A program made the translations under genes and the position numbers. From the NCBI GenBank assembly GCA_963748625.1, contig CAVVJT010000010.1, forward strand, positions 352,001-416,000: DNA of 64,000 nucleotides, read 5' to 3'. The stretch is from an uncultured Chloroflexia bacterium. GTDB taxonomy: Bacteria; Chloroflexota; Limnocylindria; Limnocylindrales; CSP1-4. The notes under the pieces were generated by a model that saw only the letters and a list, made by a program, of their open reading frames with translations, did no database searches and was not told the DNA's origin. Of this stretch, positions 45,905 to 57,700 are shown one piece after another (position 1 is the first letter of the stretch; each line of letters starts with the position of its first letter).

Positions 45905-46809
45905 TCTGGAGCCTCATCGGTTGCTGCGAACGTTCGGAAGAAGCCCTGAAGCCCGGCCTCGATCTCTGCGGGGTGACTCGCATAGATCGCCTGCGCCTCA
46001 GCAAAGGCTGGATGCCCCGGCAGCGCCGCGATGAGGCGTCTCACGGCCTCTCCTACCGTGTCGTCGTCCAACTCCTCGACGTCCGCAGGCTGCCACAACG
46101 AGAGTGCCGTTCCAACCATGGTGCGTGCAACATCAAACCGGATCGCCTCTCGGATCGCGAGAGCATCAGGCTGTGTTGATCCGGTGGTCAGAGCACTGAC
46201 CACCCGCCTTGATCGTGAGTTGACCATGAGCCTGAGACCACCCAGCACGGGCATGGCCGGCCCCTGAATGTCCCAGTCCAGGTACCAGGCCGCATCCACG
46301 CTCATCCCCGGGACCGAGGAGAAGTCAACGATTTCGGTCGGGAACCTGGTGCCAGCGCCCGCCAGGCTCACCCTAACCTCATCCGACCATAGGACACTCC
46401 CTGGTCGACTTGCGACGAAGGGGCGGTCCTGCACCGAACGTGCGAGCACGAGCGCTACCTGGAGCTTGAGCCGCCCGGCAAGTTCCGCACCAGGAACCAC
46501 GCAGTCGATTGCGTGATGGTCGAGGTCAGCGTGCGGCTGCTGTTCGGCGAGATGTCCGCCGCGAATGCTCGTCCCGGAAGAGCTCCAGCCAAGAAACAAC
46601 CGCACCTCGTCTCCGGGCTGCAGTCCACAGTCCTCCATCACGTCCGCCAACATGAAGCCGACCTCGGCCTGGATGTGAAGGTCGGTTGCCGGGTCCCAAT
46701 CGTCGACCTTCAAAGGCACCGAGGCTTCACCGCGGAGCCTGTGCCACTCAACGAAGCTGATCCGGTCGTCCTCGACGGTCCAGAAGGGGCGAATGCGTGT
46801 GCGCGTCAT
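45901..46809 (-). CDS. Hypothetical protein of the Z1/GHKL cluster
   Basis: 302-aa ORF with ATGA/GTGA coupling on both sides. Confidence 0.75.
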   Translation of the reverse strand: MTRTRIRPFWTVEDDRISFVEWHRLRGEASVPLKVDDWDPATDLHIQAEVGFMLADVMEDCGLQPGDEVRLFLGWSSSGTSIRGGHLAEQQPHADLDHHAIDCVVPGAELAGRLKLQVALVLARSVQDRPFVASRPGSVLWSDEVRVSLAGAGTRFPTEIVDFSSVPGMSVDAAWYLDWDIQGPAMPVLGGLRLMVNSRSRRVVSALTTGSTQPDALAIREAIRFDVARTMVGTALSLWQPADVEELDDDTVGEAVRRLIAALPGHPAFAEAQAIYASHPAEIEAGLQGFFRTFAATDEAPE

Positions 46810-48689
46810 CGCTTGCCGCCCTCGAGGGGCACCGCAGTGAGCTCAAGACCGGTCGCCAGATCAGGGGACACCGTCCCAACAACGGCCCAATCGTCGCCAT
46901 CGATGCCTGCGTCGATCTGGACAACCTCACCCGCTATGAACTCGCCGGATGGCGTTCGCCAGCCGAGGACCTCTGGCTGCACAGCACCCGCGGGCACATC
47001 TGACTCGAAGGAGCCATCGTCAAGAACCGCAGCGGCTCGAGCAGTCACAAGCGATCCGAGAGTGCCCTTCTTGTGCTTGATGACGAAGGGCAGGATCACG
47101 ACAGGCCGCCCACCCTCGCCGCCGAACTCCGGCCGACCGGTCGTGATCCGTGCCCCCGGTCCAGTCGTTGTCCCGCGGCTCTTCTCGTGCTCGATCTCGC
47201 CCGGGCGATCTCCATCCGCGCCCAACAGGGCCGCGCCCAGGAAGTTGGTGAACTCCCCTACCGGTGCCTGAGGCTCGCTAGTGCCATGATCGGAAGCCTC
47301 GCCGCGATACGACTGCCCGACCTCGCGCACGGCCTTGAATACGGCGCGGACGACGCCCTTGGCCTCGCCCCCGTCAAGGTTGTCGACAACCCAATCGTCG
47401 TGGGCAGGCGGCTCGGAGTCCGCATAGTGGCGGTCATAGTGCCGATCCGCAATTACTACACCCCCGTACTCCATGACGTCGGTGCTCAGCTCGAGTGCGG
47501 GCACGTAGCGAACGACGAGCTCGGGCGTTCGCATCAGCGCGAAGTGGTGCGAGGGCGAAGAGAAGTCGGGTGGTCCCGCGACGGGCCGGGGAAACTTGAT
47601 CTGAGCTCCGCTGATGCGGCCCCGGGGCCGGATGGGGCCCATCTGAGCTGCTATCAACGCTACCCGGTTCCTCCAGTAGGTGACCTCTCGGGCCCTCGTG
47701 TCTCCGACGGGCACCTCCCCCGCATAGTTCTTGGCCGCCTTGTACGCGGCAACGTACAAGTCCAGCGGGGGAAACGCTTCGGGTGCCGGGACGATGAGAG
47801 GGGAGCCCTCCCAGCTCGCGGTGAAGTCAATCGCAGGCCGGCCATCCGAACCCGGCAGCATCTTCGGCCAGAAGTACCAGAGAAACCCTTCGACCAGGAA
47901 GGCCATAGCCCCGAGACCGAAGCCGCCGTCAAACTTCGGGTTGATGACGCCAATTGTGGTCCCGGTCTCGACGCGGTCGAACCCGGGCAATCCGAGCAGC
48001 TCGGCAGCTTCATCAGCCTCGGCATTGAGAAGGGGCTCGACAATCCCACCGCGCCTCTCGCCCCACCAGTGCCGTCCGGTGTAGCGACCCAGGTCAGGGC
48101 CCGTCCTTATGGCGTATCGGGGGCCAACACAGCTGATGATGAACCGAGACTCCAGGCTCCCAGCGTGTCGTGTCCGCGTGTAGACCGCGAGCGTCTGGGT
48201 CTCGGCCGCGAGGTAGAGGGCTGCCTTGCCGTACCCGTACGTTCCGCCGGTTGACACGCGGCGGTCCGGCGGCTCGCCGACATTCCTCAGGAAGTCGACG
48301 AAGTCGCGCGGCGCGTTGTCAGCAGTCATTTCATCTGCGCGCGTGGGCCCACCCAAGCCCTTCGTGCCGCGGTCGCTCAGTGCCAGAACCCAGGCGGGCC
48401 CGCCAGTGCGGACCACCTCGTAGAGCGGGAGTGTGTCCTCGCTCGCGCCCGGAGGAAGATCGCTGAAGAACCGGCGAACGATCTCGCTGCGCCGGGTCAC
48501 GGCGTACCCATCAAGCGCAAATCGGATCGTCGCTCCGATGTGCGCGTCCCACGAGTTCTGGACTGCCTCCCGCAGCATGATCGTCATGGGATCGATCGCC
48601 GGCCGGCCAAGCGGGTTCAGGAGGCCTTCTCCAGCCAGGTTCCCCATCGCTCCGAATGCTTCGGACTGAACGTGCAGCGATCCGATCAT
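46806..48689 (-). CDS. GHKL (MutL/MORC-like) ATPase
   Basis: N-box LREAVQNSWDA, G1 SDRGTKGLGG, G2 GGTYGYGKAA, G3 GTTI. Confidence 0.8.
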   Translation of the reverse strand: MIGSLHVQSEAFGAMGNLAGEGLLNPLGRPAIDPMTIMLREAVQNSWDAHIGATIRFALDGYAVTRRSEIVRRFFSDLPPGASEDTLPLYEVVRTGGPAWVLALSDRGTKGLGGPTRADEMTADNAPRDFVDFLRNVGEPPDRRVSTGGTYGYGKAALYLAAETQTLAVYTRTRHAGSLESRFIISCVGPRYAIRTGPDLGRYTGRHWWGERRGGIVEPLLNAEADEAAELLGLPGFDRVETGTTIGVINPKFDGGFGLGAMAFLVEGFLWYFWPKMLPGSDGRPAIDFTASWEGSPLIVPAPEAFPPLDLYVAAYKAAKNYAGEVPVGDTRAREVTYWRNRVALIAAQMGPIRPRGRISGAQIKFPRPVAGPPDFSSPSHHFALMRTPELVVRYVPALELSTDVMEYGGVVIADRHYDRHYADSEPPAHDDWVVDNLDGGEAKGVVRAVFKAVREVGQSYRGEASDHGTSEPQAPVGEFTNFLGAALLGADGDRPGEIEHEKSRGTTTGPGARITTGRPEFGGEGGRPVVILPFVIKHKKGTLGSLVTARAAAVLDDGSFESDVPAGAVQPEVLGWRTPSGEFIAGEVVQIDAGIDGDDWAVVGTVSPDLATGLELTAVPLEGGKR

Positions 48690-49679
48690 CCGTGCAGCGA
48701 CTCCGCGAACTCAATGAGAAGGTCGCTCAGGACCCCGGCAGCGATGGGAGCAGGTGCCTCCTCGAGGTTCGATCTGGTACTGAAGTCCAACGACTCCGGC
48801 AACAGGCCACGCGTGGAAGGCTTGGGCGGTCAGCCGGGGGAACGTCCGATCAACGAGGAATGCTCTCCTTGTCTTGACCCGCAGCCGAGTCTGATCGTCC
48901 AAGAGGTCGGCCGCCGATACGCCGGCGGCATCGAGGCGGTCATAGAGCTCGACTGGCTGAACCCCCAAGGCGTGAATGCGTGAAACAAGGTCCTGAAGGG
49001 TGTCACCGCCAGCAGGGACCTTTTCCACGACGTAGACGACCAGTAGCAGGCGGCCGTCGGGTGGCGTTGCCAACTGGTCCACCCCATGGACAACCAGCGC
49101 TGTCATGCCGCGGTCGAAGGTCGTCTTCACCTCAATGTCGATGCCATCGCTGACGAAGTCGTGGCGACCCTTGGCTGGGCCCGCCCAAGAGCCAACGGCA
49201 TTCACGGACCTGCTTGAGAGCTCCTCCAGGAGCGTGAGTTCGCCAAACAGACCCATGCGCGCTGACTGGCTCAGGCCGCCCGCCGGCGGGTTCCGGAAGA
49301 GCTCCCGCCAGCGATCGAGCACGACGCTGGCGGCAAGATCCGGAGCGCTCATCCCGTCCGCTGCGCCGAGTGCCTCGACGGCAACAGCTGTGAACACGTG
49401 GTTGAGCCGCGCGTCGAGACATGCCAAGTCGACGAATGGCCGGAGCACACCGTCAACCAGCAGATCTCTCGGCACGATCTGCACGCCGCTGCTGCGTGTG
49501 TCGGGCCGGATTGCCCGGTCCGCCTCAGACGGGAAGAGAATGTGACGACGGCCCCATGGATCGACAGCTACCCGCGCCGTCGCCGGAGAGGGCAGTTCGA
49601 GCACCAAGTATTCATCGCGGGAGCCCTCCCCCGAAGCCAGGAGCCCCGCGAAGGCATCGTCCAAGCCGCGTAGGTCCAT
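48686..49679 (-). CDS. DUF4420 PD-(D/E)XK nuclease (frameshift near 48768)
   Basis: WRELF, GLFGEL, SWAGP...RHDF....IEVKTT, HGVDQL; the repaired frame ends at an ATGA overlap with the GHKL gene. Confidence 0.85.
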
Positions 49680-52268
49680 CAGGCAGCCCCATCAATCTCG
49701 TCATCGAAGTCCGTCTCGCCCTCGGGCTCTTCGACGTAGGCCTCCGCCAGGAAGGCGGTCTTGTAGGTCTGTGGCGTGCTGTTCTGGGCCTTCGGGAACA
49801 CGATGCCCAAGCCGATCACGTCCTCAACCGCACCGAGGGGCTCACGGTCCCCTCCGGCCTCTCCACCGTCCTTGTCCAGTACGTAGACGAGCAGAAGGGG
49901 AACTGCTGCCCTCCTCTCAAGGATCCGGTCCAGCGCCGCGGCGCCCGTCGGAGTCGTGCGATCTGCGAGATCAAGGACCAAGTCCCCGGCGCTCACGATG
50001 ACGCCCATGCGCGCAGTCGCATCATCGGACGCCTTCAGGCGGGACCGCTTGAGTGCACCCACCTTCACGTCGGGCGTGAACTTCACCTCTCGGCCATCAG
50101 AGCGTCCGATGAACGCGACATTCCACCGAGTGAGTTCCTGGCGCTTCACCTGGTCGCGGATGTATCCGCCGATGGTGTCGCCGGAGAGGCTGCGGGCACC
50201 TTCGTGGAAACGGTACGTCTCGACAAAGTCGAGCACGGATCCGTACTCGACCCCACGACAGACGACCGACCCGCGTACGTCGTACCGCTCGCTCGCGGCC
50301 GCCCTCGCGAGGCGCTCAGCAGCTCGAAGGTTGTCGCACAGGAACTGAGGGTCCCTGTGGTGGAACATGATCGTCTGCACCAATTGCCCGCTGAATGACA
50401 CCTCTGCGTCCACAGCCCGCCGCATCTTCAGCGGGGAGGTGATGCTCAGGGCCGGGTGGCAGCGGATCCTCGGCCCGAACTGACGGGGTGTCAGGCCTTC
50501 GCTTTCATACCGTGCTATGTCGAAACGGATCTCCTGCTCAACCAGCGCGAGATCGGCGAACGATCCTTCCAGCTCCTTGGTCATCCAGATCCGCGGCAAG
50601 TCCTCGTACCCGTCACGGTAGCCAAACCAGCGACCCATCTGGAGGAGCGTGTCGTACGAGCCCGCGGCCCGGACGAAGTAGCTGACCACAAGGCCCTCGA
50701 GAGTGAGCCCTCTCGATAGGACGTTCCCCCCGATCACGATGAACACGGACCCGGGCTTGGCATAAGTGAGGCGCCTCGCACTCTGGGCGTTCTCGATGAC
50801 TACCTCGAGTGCGGCGAGCACTCCGGGAAGTGCTTCGGCCAGTTCTACAAACGCGACCGACCTAGGCCACAGCCCCTCGGGCTGAACGCGTCCCACCTCT
50901 GCAGCCCACAGCGAGCGGAGCTCCTCGATGAGGGTGGCATCGCCGCTGTCGATCTTCTGCTTGAGTTCGGCAAGAAGACCGCCGAGCGCATGGGCCATCT
51001 TGTTCTGCACGTCCACGTACATCGAGGTGTGTACGAGCATGCTGGAGTGCTCGTCCCGATCGCCGCGCGCCCAGCGAGCTGCAGTTGCCATCACGAAGTA
51101 GGCGGTAGCAGAGCGGAGCGACTCGGTGACCTCCGGATCGAACTGGCCGCGCGACTTTGCCGTCCGTGGCTGAAGAGCGACGATCTCGTCTTCAGGGACC
51201 TGCCGGACGACGTCCAGGCCGGGCCTTCCTGTTTCTGACTCGTCCGGCAAGCGGTCTCGTCCGAACAGGCGCTCCGTGCCGAAATAGGTCCCCGGCCGCG
51301 GCAGGTCGAAGATGAAGTCGCGGGGGTACAGGTCGTCATCCTCGGCGTCCCGCATGCCGATGAGGACATTCGCGAATGGAGTGGCGGTGTAGCCAACGTA
51401 AGCGGAACGGGGATACACGCGGAGGAGTTCGCGAATCCGGTCGTTGATGGAGGACGGATCGGAGTCGGACGCGGTGTTCGATACTCGCCTGATCTGCCTC
51501 ATCGTCAATGACCAGGAGCGGGCAGTCCGCGAGGACACCCGAACTGGCCCTCCGACTCCACGTGATCAACTTCTTCAGGCGCACGGAGTTCTTCTTAACG
51601 ACCGCCAAGACGCGCTGGTCGCTGTCACCACGGAGGATCGCGTCCGGCTGCTTCCAGCTCCCAACCTTGAAGTCAGATTCCTCACTTGTGAGGCTGTGCC
51701 ACATCTGTTTCGTAAGAGGTGTGAGGTCGACTATCTCGCGGTCCAACCGCTTCTGCGTCTGGACTCGCAGTGCCTCATGCACGCCCGCAAGCACGATGAT
51801 GAATTTGTACCCGGCATCCGCCGCCTTAGCGACCACGGCCGAGTAGTTGGCGGTCTTGCCGCTCTGTACGTACCCAAGGACGAGGCCGCGGGAGTCGAAT
51901 TCGGCTTGTGCCGGATTTGGCAGATGCGCAACAATTCTCGAGCTCGCGCTGTCAATGCTGGAAACGGCCTCTTGGGGGAGCCGCTTTTCCAGCGCCCGGC
52001 GCATCTCCGGCCAGAACGGGTCGTTGGGATGTGGGTTCTGGTACCAGCCCTTGTCCTTCACATCGACAAAGCCGGCAGGGATCTTGTACTTGCGGATCCG
52101 ATCTGCTCGCGCTTCAAAGATCGACAAAGCTGCGGCCAGCCGATCCGGAGGGACCCACCGACTCAGGTCCTGCACCGCCTTGTCTGCGGTCTTTCCGTCC
52201 CGAACCGCGCCGCGAATCGCGTCTACCAGGGGCTCCAGGTCCAAATCCTCGAAGATCGGTTCTTCCAC
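49679..52268 (-). CDS. Z1-domain SF2 ATPase/endonuclease (frameshift near 51480)
   Basis: GLVLGYVQSGKTANY, VVKKN, IDDEADQAS, YVGYTATPFAN, SMLVH, GGNVLSRGLTLEGLVVSYF, DTLLQMGRWFGYR. Confidence 0.92.
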
Positions 52269-52385
52269 CGCTACTTCCTCCCCGGCAATCTGCCGCCAGC
52301 CGTCAAGTGCGTGCGCACGCTCACACGTGTTGAGCGAACCTCAGGATCGCGCCTCGACGATCGGGGCAGCGTCCTCGCCCGAACG

Positions 52386-54740
52386 TTAGCCATCCTGCGA
52401 ATCTCCAAGCACTCGCCCTAGGGTCGTTCCCCATCGCGGCGTGATGCGCCGGGTCGCCGGATCGAAGGTGAGAGTGAACGTCGGTCCGGCGTCACCCTGG
52501 CGACGGAACCACGGCTTCACGCCGTTCCGCAACTGCGTCGCGGCGACAACGACCATCCAAGACACATCGCCGTCCTGCAGGGTCCAGGATCCGTCGAGGC
52601 CCGCGTCGGCCGGAACCCGGAGGAAACCGTTCCAGTCCAAGGCATCGCGGACGTCGACGGTCAACCTGACACGGCCAGCTGGATCCCGATCGACACCCGA
52701 GACCACGGCTGGCGCAGGGCCGCCCCGACCGGCATCGGCCGCACGGGCGGCATCAAGGTCCGCGGTGGTGAAGCTCGCACCCGGGATCGCGTAGAGCGAC
52801 GCACCTACCCGTTCCACAACCAGCGACTGGCCCAGCGCCACGCTCATCGTCACCACTTCAATGCCTGCGGCAAGGACCTGGCGCCGGATCACGTGGTAGT
52901 GGACGACGGGGCCACGAGCGCGGAGCACTTCCAGCACGACCCGCTCCGCCACTCCCGGCTGAACGTCCATATCCGGACCGATCCACGCGTACCGCGACCC
53001 TGTATCCCGAACGAATGGACTCTGCGCGAGCGCCTCCTCAAGAACGGCCATTGGGAGTGAAACACCGTGGTCCGCGCGGCGACGAGCATCGCGACGGAGC
53101 GCACGGTTGATCGAGTGGAGCCCCTGCGGCCCCACCACTAGGAGCAGCTTGGCCACGCGCTTGACGAACGGCGTCTCCAGGTCTCGCGGTCGCCACGCCC
53201 AGCAACCACCAGCAAGCCAGCCGATGCCGTCAAGGCCGGCGATATGTTCACGAACCCCTTCCGGATCAACCACGACGCCGATAAGGTCCAACTCCGCTTG
53301 CACCTCGGCAAGCGAGACGAAACCACGACGGCGCAACTGCCGTCGCACTGCTCCGCGAAGTGCTCCATCGTTGGTCTGTATGGCCGCGATGGCTTCCTTC
53401 GACACGCCAAGGACATCCCCGTCCTCGGACTCAACCACTGACCAATCCCGCACCAGCTTCAGGCGCCCGATCTCCTCGAGCGCCTCAAGCTCGACCTCGC
53501 GGTTGGTGAGGCCCATCTGCCGGCACTCGACAGCCAAGTCACGGCGTCGCATCGCTCCGCCCGCCTGCTGCAGGAGGGCCTGGATAAGACACGCGGTCGG
53601 CAGGAAGCGGCCGCGTTCAAGCTGCTTCCGCTCCACCTTGTCAACGATCTGGCGAATCCGCTCACGCGTGAGCTTGTACTCCTGCGCGACCTCATCGAGC
53701 GTCTTTCGACCATCACCGTCCCAACCCCAACGCCTGCAGAGGATCTCGCCGGACCGGTTGGCCGGCACCAAGGCTGACAACTCATCGGACAGGCGCTGTG
53801 GGTGTTCGAGCCGGTCGGCGATGAGCAGGAGCCCCGTCCTGAGTTGATCCCGATACCCCACGAGGCCACGGCGCTGGTCGATCGTCTCACCGAGCACCTC
53901 GCGAATCGAGACATGCTCCGTGCTTCGGAGCCCCAACTGCGGGTCGCTCAGCAGGATCTGGTCCAGCCAAGGATCGAGCATCGTTTGCGCATCCGCCGGA
54001 AGGTCGAGCCACTCCCCGATCGGCGTATGGGCAACGACGGCGGGGTCTTCGGCGGTCTGCTGCTCTGCACGCATCAAGTCAGCGACGCGGGCGTGTCGGT
54101 CGCTGCGAATTGGAGGGGGGCCAGCAAGGGCCTTCAGGATCCCGCTTCGGAGCAATTCGAGCGCGGTCTTGCCGACGGCGTAGAAGGAGAGGAACCGCTC
54201 CTCGGAAAGATCGGCGATGTTGGCGAAGACCAGGTATCCCTCGCGACGGAGCCTGTTGGCGGCGCGGCTGCCAACGACCTCCTCGGTGATTAGCTCGTCC
54301 GACCAGGGTTCTGACTTCAGGACGGCTGCGGTATCCGCGTCGAAGATCGGGGTCCCAGCGACCAAGCCCTGGCGTACGGCCGGGTTCGCGACCCCGGCGT
54401 CTCGCGCATCGGGGATCGGACGCGTGACGAGATCCGTGACGCGCTCCTGCAGGAGGGCGAGCGACGTGACGCCTGCTCCCCGGATCGCCAGGAACTCCTG
54501 CTGCGTGATGCCGGCTAGATGGGCGAGGACCGAGAAGCCAGCGCGCCGAAGGCAGTTGAACCCGCGGACCCCGATGAGATCCGCGGTGATGGAAACGTCC
54601 CGCCAGGGATCTTCGCGGAGCAGCTGCGAGATGGCTGCCGGAAAGACGGGCTCGTCAGGGGCAGGCTTGGGCGCTTGAGCTGGCGCTGGCACGACCCTGC
54701 CCGCGGCGCGAACCCGGAACCGGTGCTTCATCGCGGCCAT
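52386..54740 (-). CDS. Protein with two RNAP alpha-CTD-like domains, a sigma70 region-4 HTH and C-terminal extensions
   Basis: GVRGFNCLRRAG...FLAIRGAGVTSL; GSRAANRLRREG...FLSFYAVGKTAL; ILCRRWG....TLDEVAQEYKLTRERIRQI. Confidence 0.8.
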   Translation of the reverse strand: MAAMKHRFRVRAAGRVVPAPAQAPKPAPDEPVFPAAISQLLREDPWRDVSITADLIGVRGFNCLRRAGFSVLAHLAGITQQEFLAIRGAGVTSLALLQERVTDLVTRPIPDARDAGVANPAVRQGLVAGTPIFDADTAAVLKSEPWSDELITEEVVGSRAANRLRREGYLVFANIADLSEERFLSFYAVGKTALELLRSGILKALAGPPPIRSDRHARVADLMRAEQQTAEDPAVVAHTPIGEWLDLPADAQTMLDPWLDQILLSDPQLGLRSTEHVSIREVLGETIDQRRGLVGYRDQLRTGLLLIADRLEHPQRLSDELSALVPANRSGEILCRRWGWDGDGRKTLDEVAQEYKLTRERIRQIVDKVERKQLERGRFLPTACLIQALLQQAGGAMRRRDLAVECRQMGLTNREVELEALEEIGRLKLVRDWSVVESEDGDVLGVSKEAIAAIQTNDGALRGAVRRQLRRRGFVSLAEVQAELDLIGVVVDPEGVREHIAGLDGIGWLAGGCWAWRPRDLETPFVKRVAKLLLVVGPQGLHSINRALRRDARRRADHGVSLPMAVLEEALAQSPFVRDTGSRYAWIGPDMDVQPGVAERVVLEVLRARGPVVHYHVIRRQVLAAGIEVVTMSVALGQSLVVERVGASLYAIPGASFTTADLDAARAADAGRGGPAPAVVSGVDRDPAGRVRLTVDVRDALDWNGFLRVPADAGLDGSWTLQDGDVSWMVVVAATQLRNGVKPWFRRQGDAGPTFTLTFDPATRRITPRWGTTLGRVLGDSQDG

Positions 54741-54780
54741 GTCTCCCCCTTGGCACAATGCCGATCTATCAACTCCCCCA

Positions 54781-57700
54781 TCACACCCGCTCCGGGCACA
54801 TCGCCCGATAGTCGCACCACTGGCACGCCTTGCCGGGGGTCGCCGTGAAGTCGCCCGAGCGGATCCGGGCCGCGCGCTCCAGGATCGCCACGCGGGCCGC
54901 ATCGAGCTGGTCGTCCGTGCGGGTGGTGGACATCCGCTGGGCGGTCTCGGTGAAGTAGAGGGTGACGCGCTCGGGCGTGCCCAGGGCCAGCGCGTCGCGG
55001 CAGGCGAGGGCGTAGATGGTCAGCTGGAGGTTCTCGCTGACGTCCTTCTGGCTGGACATGCGGCCGGTCTTGTAGTCGATGACCTCGACGCCGCCGTCCG
55101 GCGTCCGATCGATCCGGTCGATCCCGCCGTGGATGCGCACGGGCGCGCTGCCGTCGTCGGGCATGAGCACGAGCTCGAAGTCCAGCTCCTCGTGCAGGGC
55201 CTCCCCCACCCCCTCCAGCTCGCCTGACCAGAAGTTGTCCAGCATGGTGTCGATGCGGCGCTTGTAGCCGGCCTCGGCGGTGGCGTCGGGGAAGGCCTCG
55301 GGCGTCCAGTTGGCGGCGAAGAGGGTGGCGAGGTCCTCGCGCGTGGGCATGGGCTCGCCCCGCGCGGCGCGCTCGCGGCGCTCCCTGGTGAACGCCTCGA
55401 AGGTGGCGTGCGCCGTGTGACCGAACCCGAAGGCGGCCACGGGCCGGGCGGGCTCCGGGATCCGGTAGACGTAGGCCAGGGCGTACCGCAGCGGACACGC
55501 CTCGTACATGGACAGGCTGCTGTACGAGAAGTGGCCGGGCACGGGCGCCACGGCGAGGAGGTTCGCGCCGGCCCCACTGTCGAGCGCGACGGTCCGGAAG
55601 GTGAGCGGGTCAAGGCCGGCGGCACGGGCCTGGTCTGCCGACATGGCCGCGGACCGGCCGATGTCCACCAGCTGCTGCTCGAACCGGGCCCGGGCGGCGT
55701 CGGCCTCGGGATCGGCGGCAGCGGTGGCCTCCATGCAGGCCGATGAGCTCGGATGCGCGCAGGCGCAGCGCGAGGCGACGCTCACGCGACGAGGGCAGCG
55801 GGAGGACCCGGCGGGCGGCGGCCAGGGCGGCTGTGGCACCGGCAAGACCATCGGGCCCGTCGGCTCCGGCTTCGGTTTGGGTTCCGTCTTCGGCGGCTTC
55901 GGCGTCGGCGGCTTCGGCATCGGCGTCGTCGTCGTCCAGCGTCCGGTCGATGACGGTCAGCTCCGGCCCCCGGCCGTCGAGCAGCTCCGCGATGAACATG
56001 CTCTGGGCCTTCGCGCCCGCGCCCCCGTGCGTGCACAGGAGCAGGCGTTCCTGCGCCCGGGTGATCGCCACGTACAGGAGCCGCCGCTCCTCGTCGAGGT
56101 GGAGGTTGCCGCCCGGGACCTGCTCGCGCAGGAGCTCGCGCGGGAACCAGCCGCTCCCCTGCTCCTTCACGGGCCACTCGCCCTCGAGCAGGTCCGGCAC
56201 CACCACCACGGGGAACTCCAGGCCCTTCGCCTGGTAGAGGGTCATGAGGCGCACGCCCTCGACATCCTCGGACAGCTCCACGCTGGTGGGCAGCTCGCCG
56301 CCCGCGGTCTTGAAGGCCTCGAGGTAGTCGATGAAGTCCGCCAGGGTGCCGCTCGGGTTGGCGGCCTGCCAGTCCGCGGTGAAGCGCAGGAAGCTCGCGA
56401 TGGCGACGACGGAGCGCTTGGCCTCCAGGGTGCCGGTGGCCAGGAGGTCCAGCACGGTGCCGTTGAGCTCCAGGTAGCGCTCCAGGATGGTGTGCGGGCC
56501 GTCGCGCCAGGTCCGCGGGTTGAGCTCCTCGATGGCGGCAAGGAGGTTGCGCAGCTTCGCCCGGAGGGCGGGATCGACGGGGGCGCGGCGTTCGGTTCGG
56601 TCGCCGCCGTTGCCGTTTGCGCCGTTGTTGCCGTTGCCGTTGCCGTTGTTGCCGCTGGCGCCGTGGTGGCTGGTGTCGCCGGCAGCGGGCGCGAGGTTGG
56701 CCTCGCCGCTGTCCACCAGCCGGTGGACGGCCGAGAGCAGGTGGCTGCGGTCGAACTTGGCATCGCGGCTGACCGCGAGGATCTCCAGGGCGTCGAGGCG
56801 CCACGGGCCGCCGGTCATCATGCGCACGAGGGCGGCGTCGTTGGTGGGATCGGCGATGGCGCGCAGGGCCTGCTCGAGGTCCCGGATCTCCGGCGTCTCG
56901 AAGAGCGACAGCCCACCGACGATGGTGAACGGGATGTCCTCCGCCTTGAGCCGATCGACGATGGCGTCGCGGTGCTTGTGCTTGCGGTACAGGACGGCGA
57001 CGTCGTTCCAGGCGCGGCCGGCGGCGTGGAAGGCGCGGATGGCGTCCACGATGGCGACGGCCTCGTCCTCGGGCCCGGCGCAGACGTGGAGCTCGATGGG
57101 GTCGCCCGGGTGCTTGTCGGTCCGCAGGACCTTGTCGGGCGCGAAGCGGGTCTCGTTGCGGCCGATGAGGCGGTTGGCGGCGTCGAGCACGAAGCTGGTG
57201 CTGCGGAAGTTCTGCTCGATGGCGAGGTGGCGCGGGGGTGCGGCCGGCTCCAGGTCGGGCGCGTGCGCCGGGGGCCGACTGAAGCGGGCGTCGAATTCGG
57301 CGAAGGCGGCGAAGCTGGCGCCCCGGAAGCGGTAGATCGACTGGTCGTCGTCACCCACCACCATGACGTTGTCGGGCCGATCGGGCGTGCGGCCCAGAAG
57401 CTCGATGAGCTCGATCTGGGCGACGTTGGCGTCCTGGAACTCGTCCACCAGGATGTAGCGGAACTGGCGCTGCCATCGACGGAGGACGTTGGGGCGGCGT
57501 CTTGAAGAGGCGGGCGACCAGGGCGATCTGCTCGCCGAAGTCGAGGAGGCCGCGCGCGGCGATGGTGTCCTCGTAGGCGCGATAGACGCGGGCGATCTCG
57601 GCGAGGCGCATGACCTCCAGGGCGGCGCCGTCGAGGACGTAGGTGGCGGCGAGCTCATCGATGCGTTGGAGTTGATCGCCGTCCAGGCGGTTGCGGCCGA

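Noticed and set aside
52386-54740. Primary sigma factor (rpoD) or rpoA
   Set aside because: Lacks sigma regions 1.2/2 and the alpha N-terminal domain; only isolated CTD and region-4 modules are present
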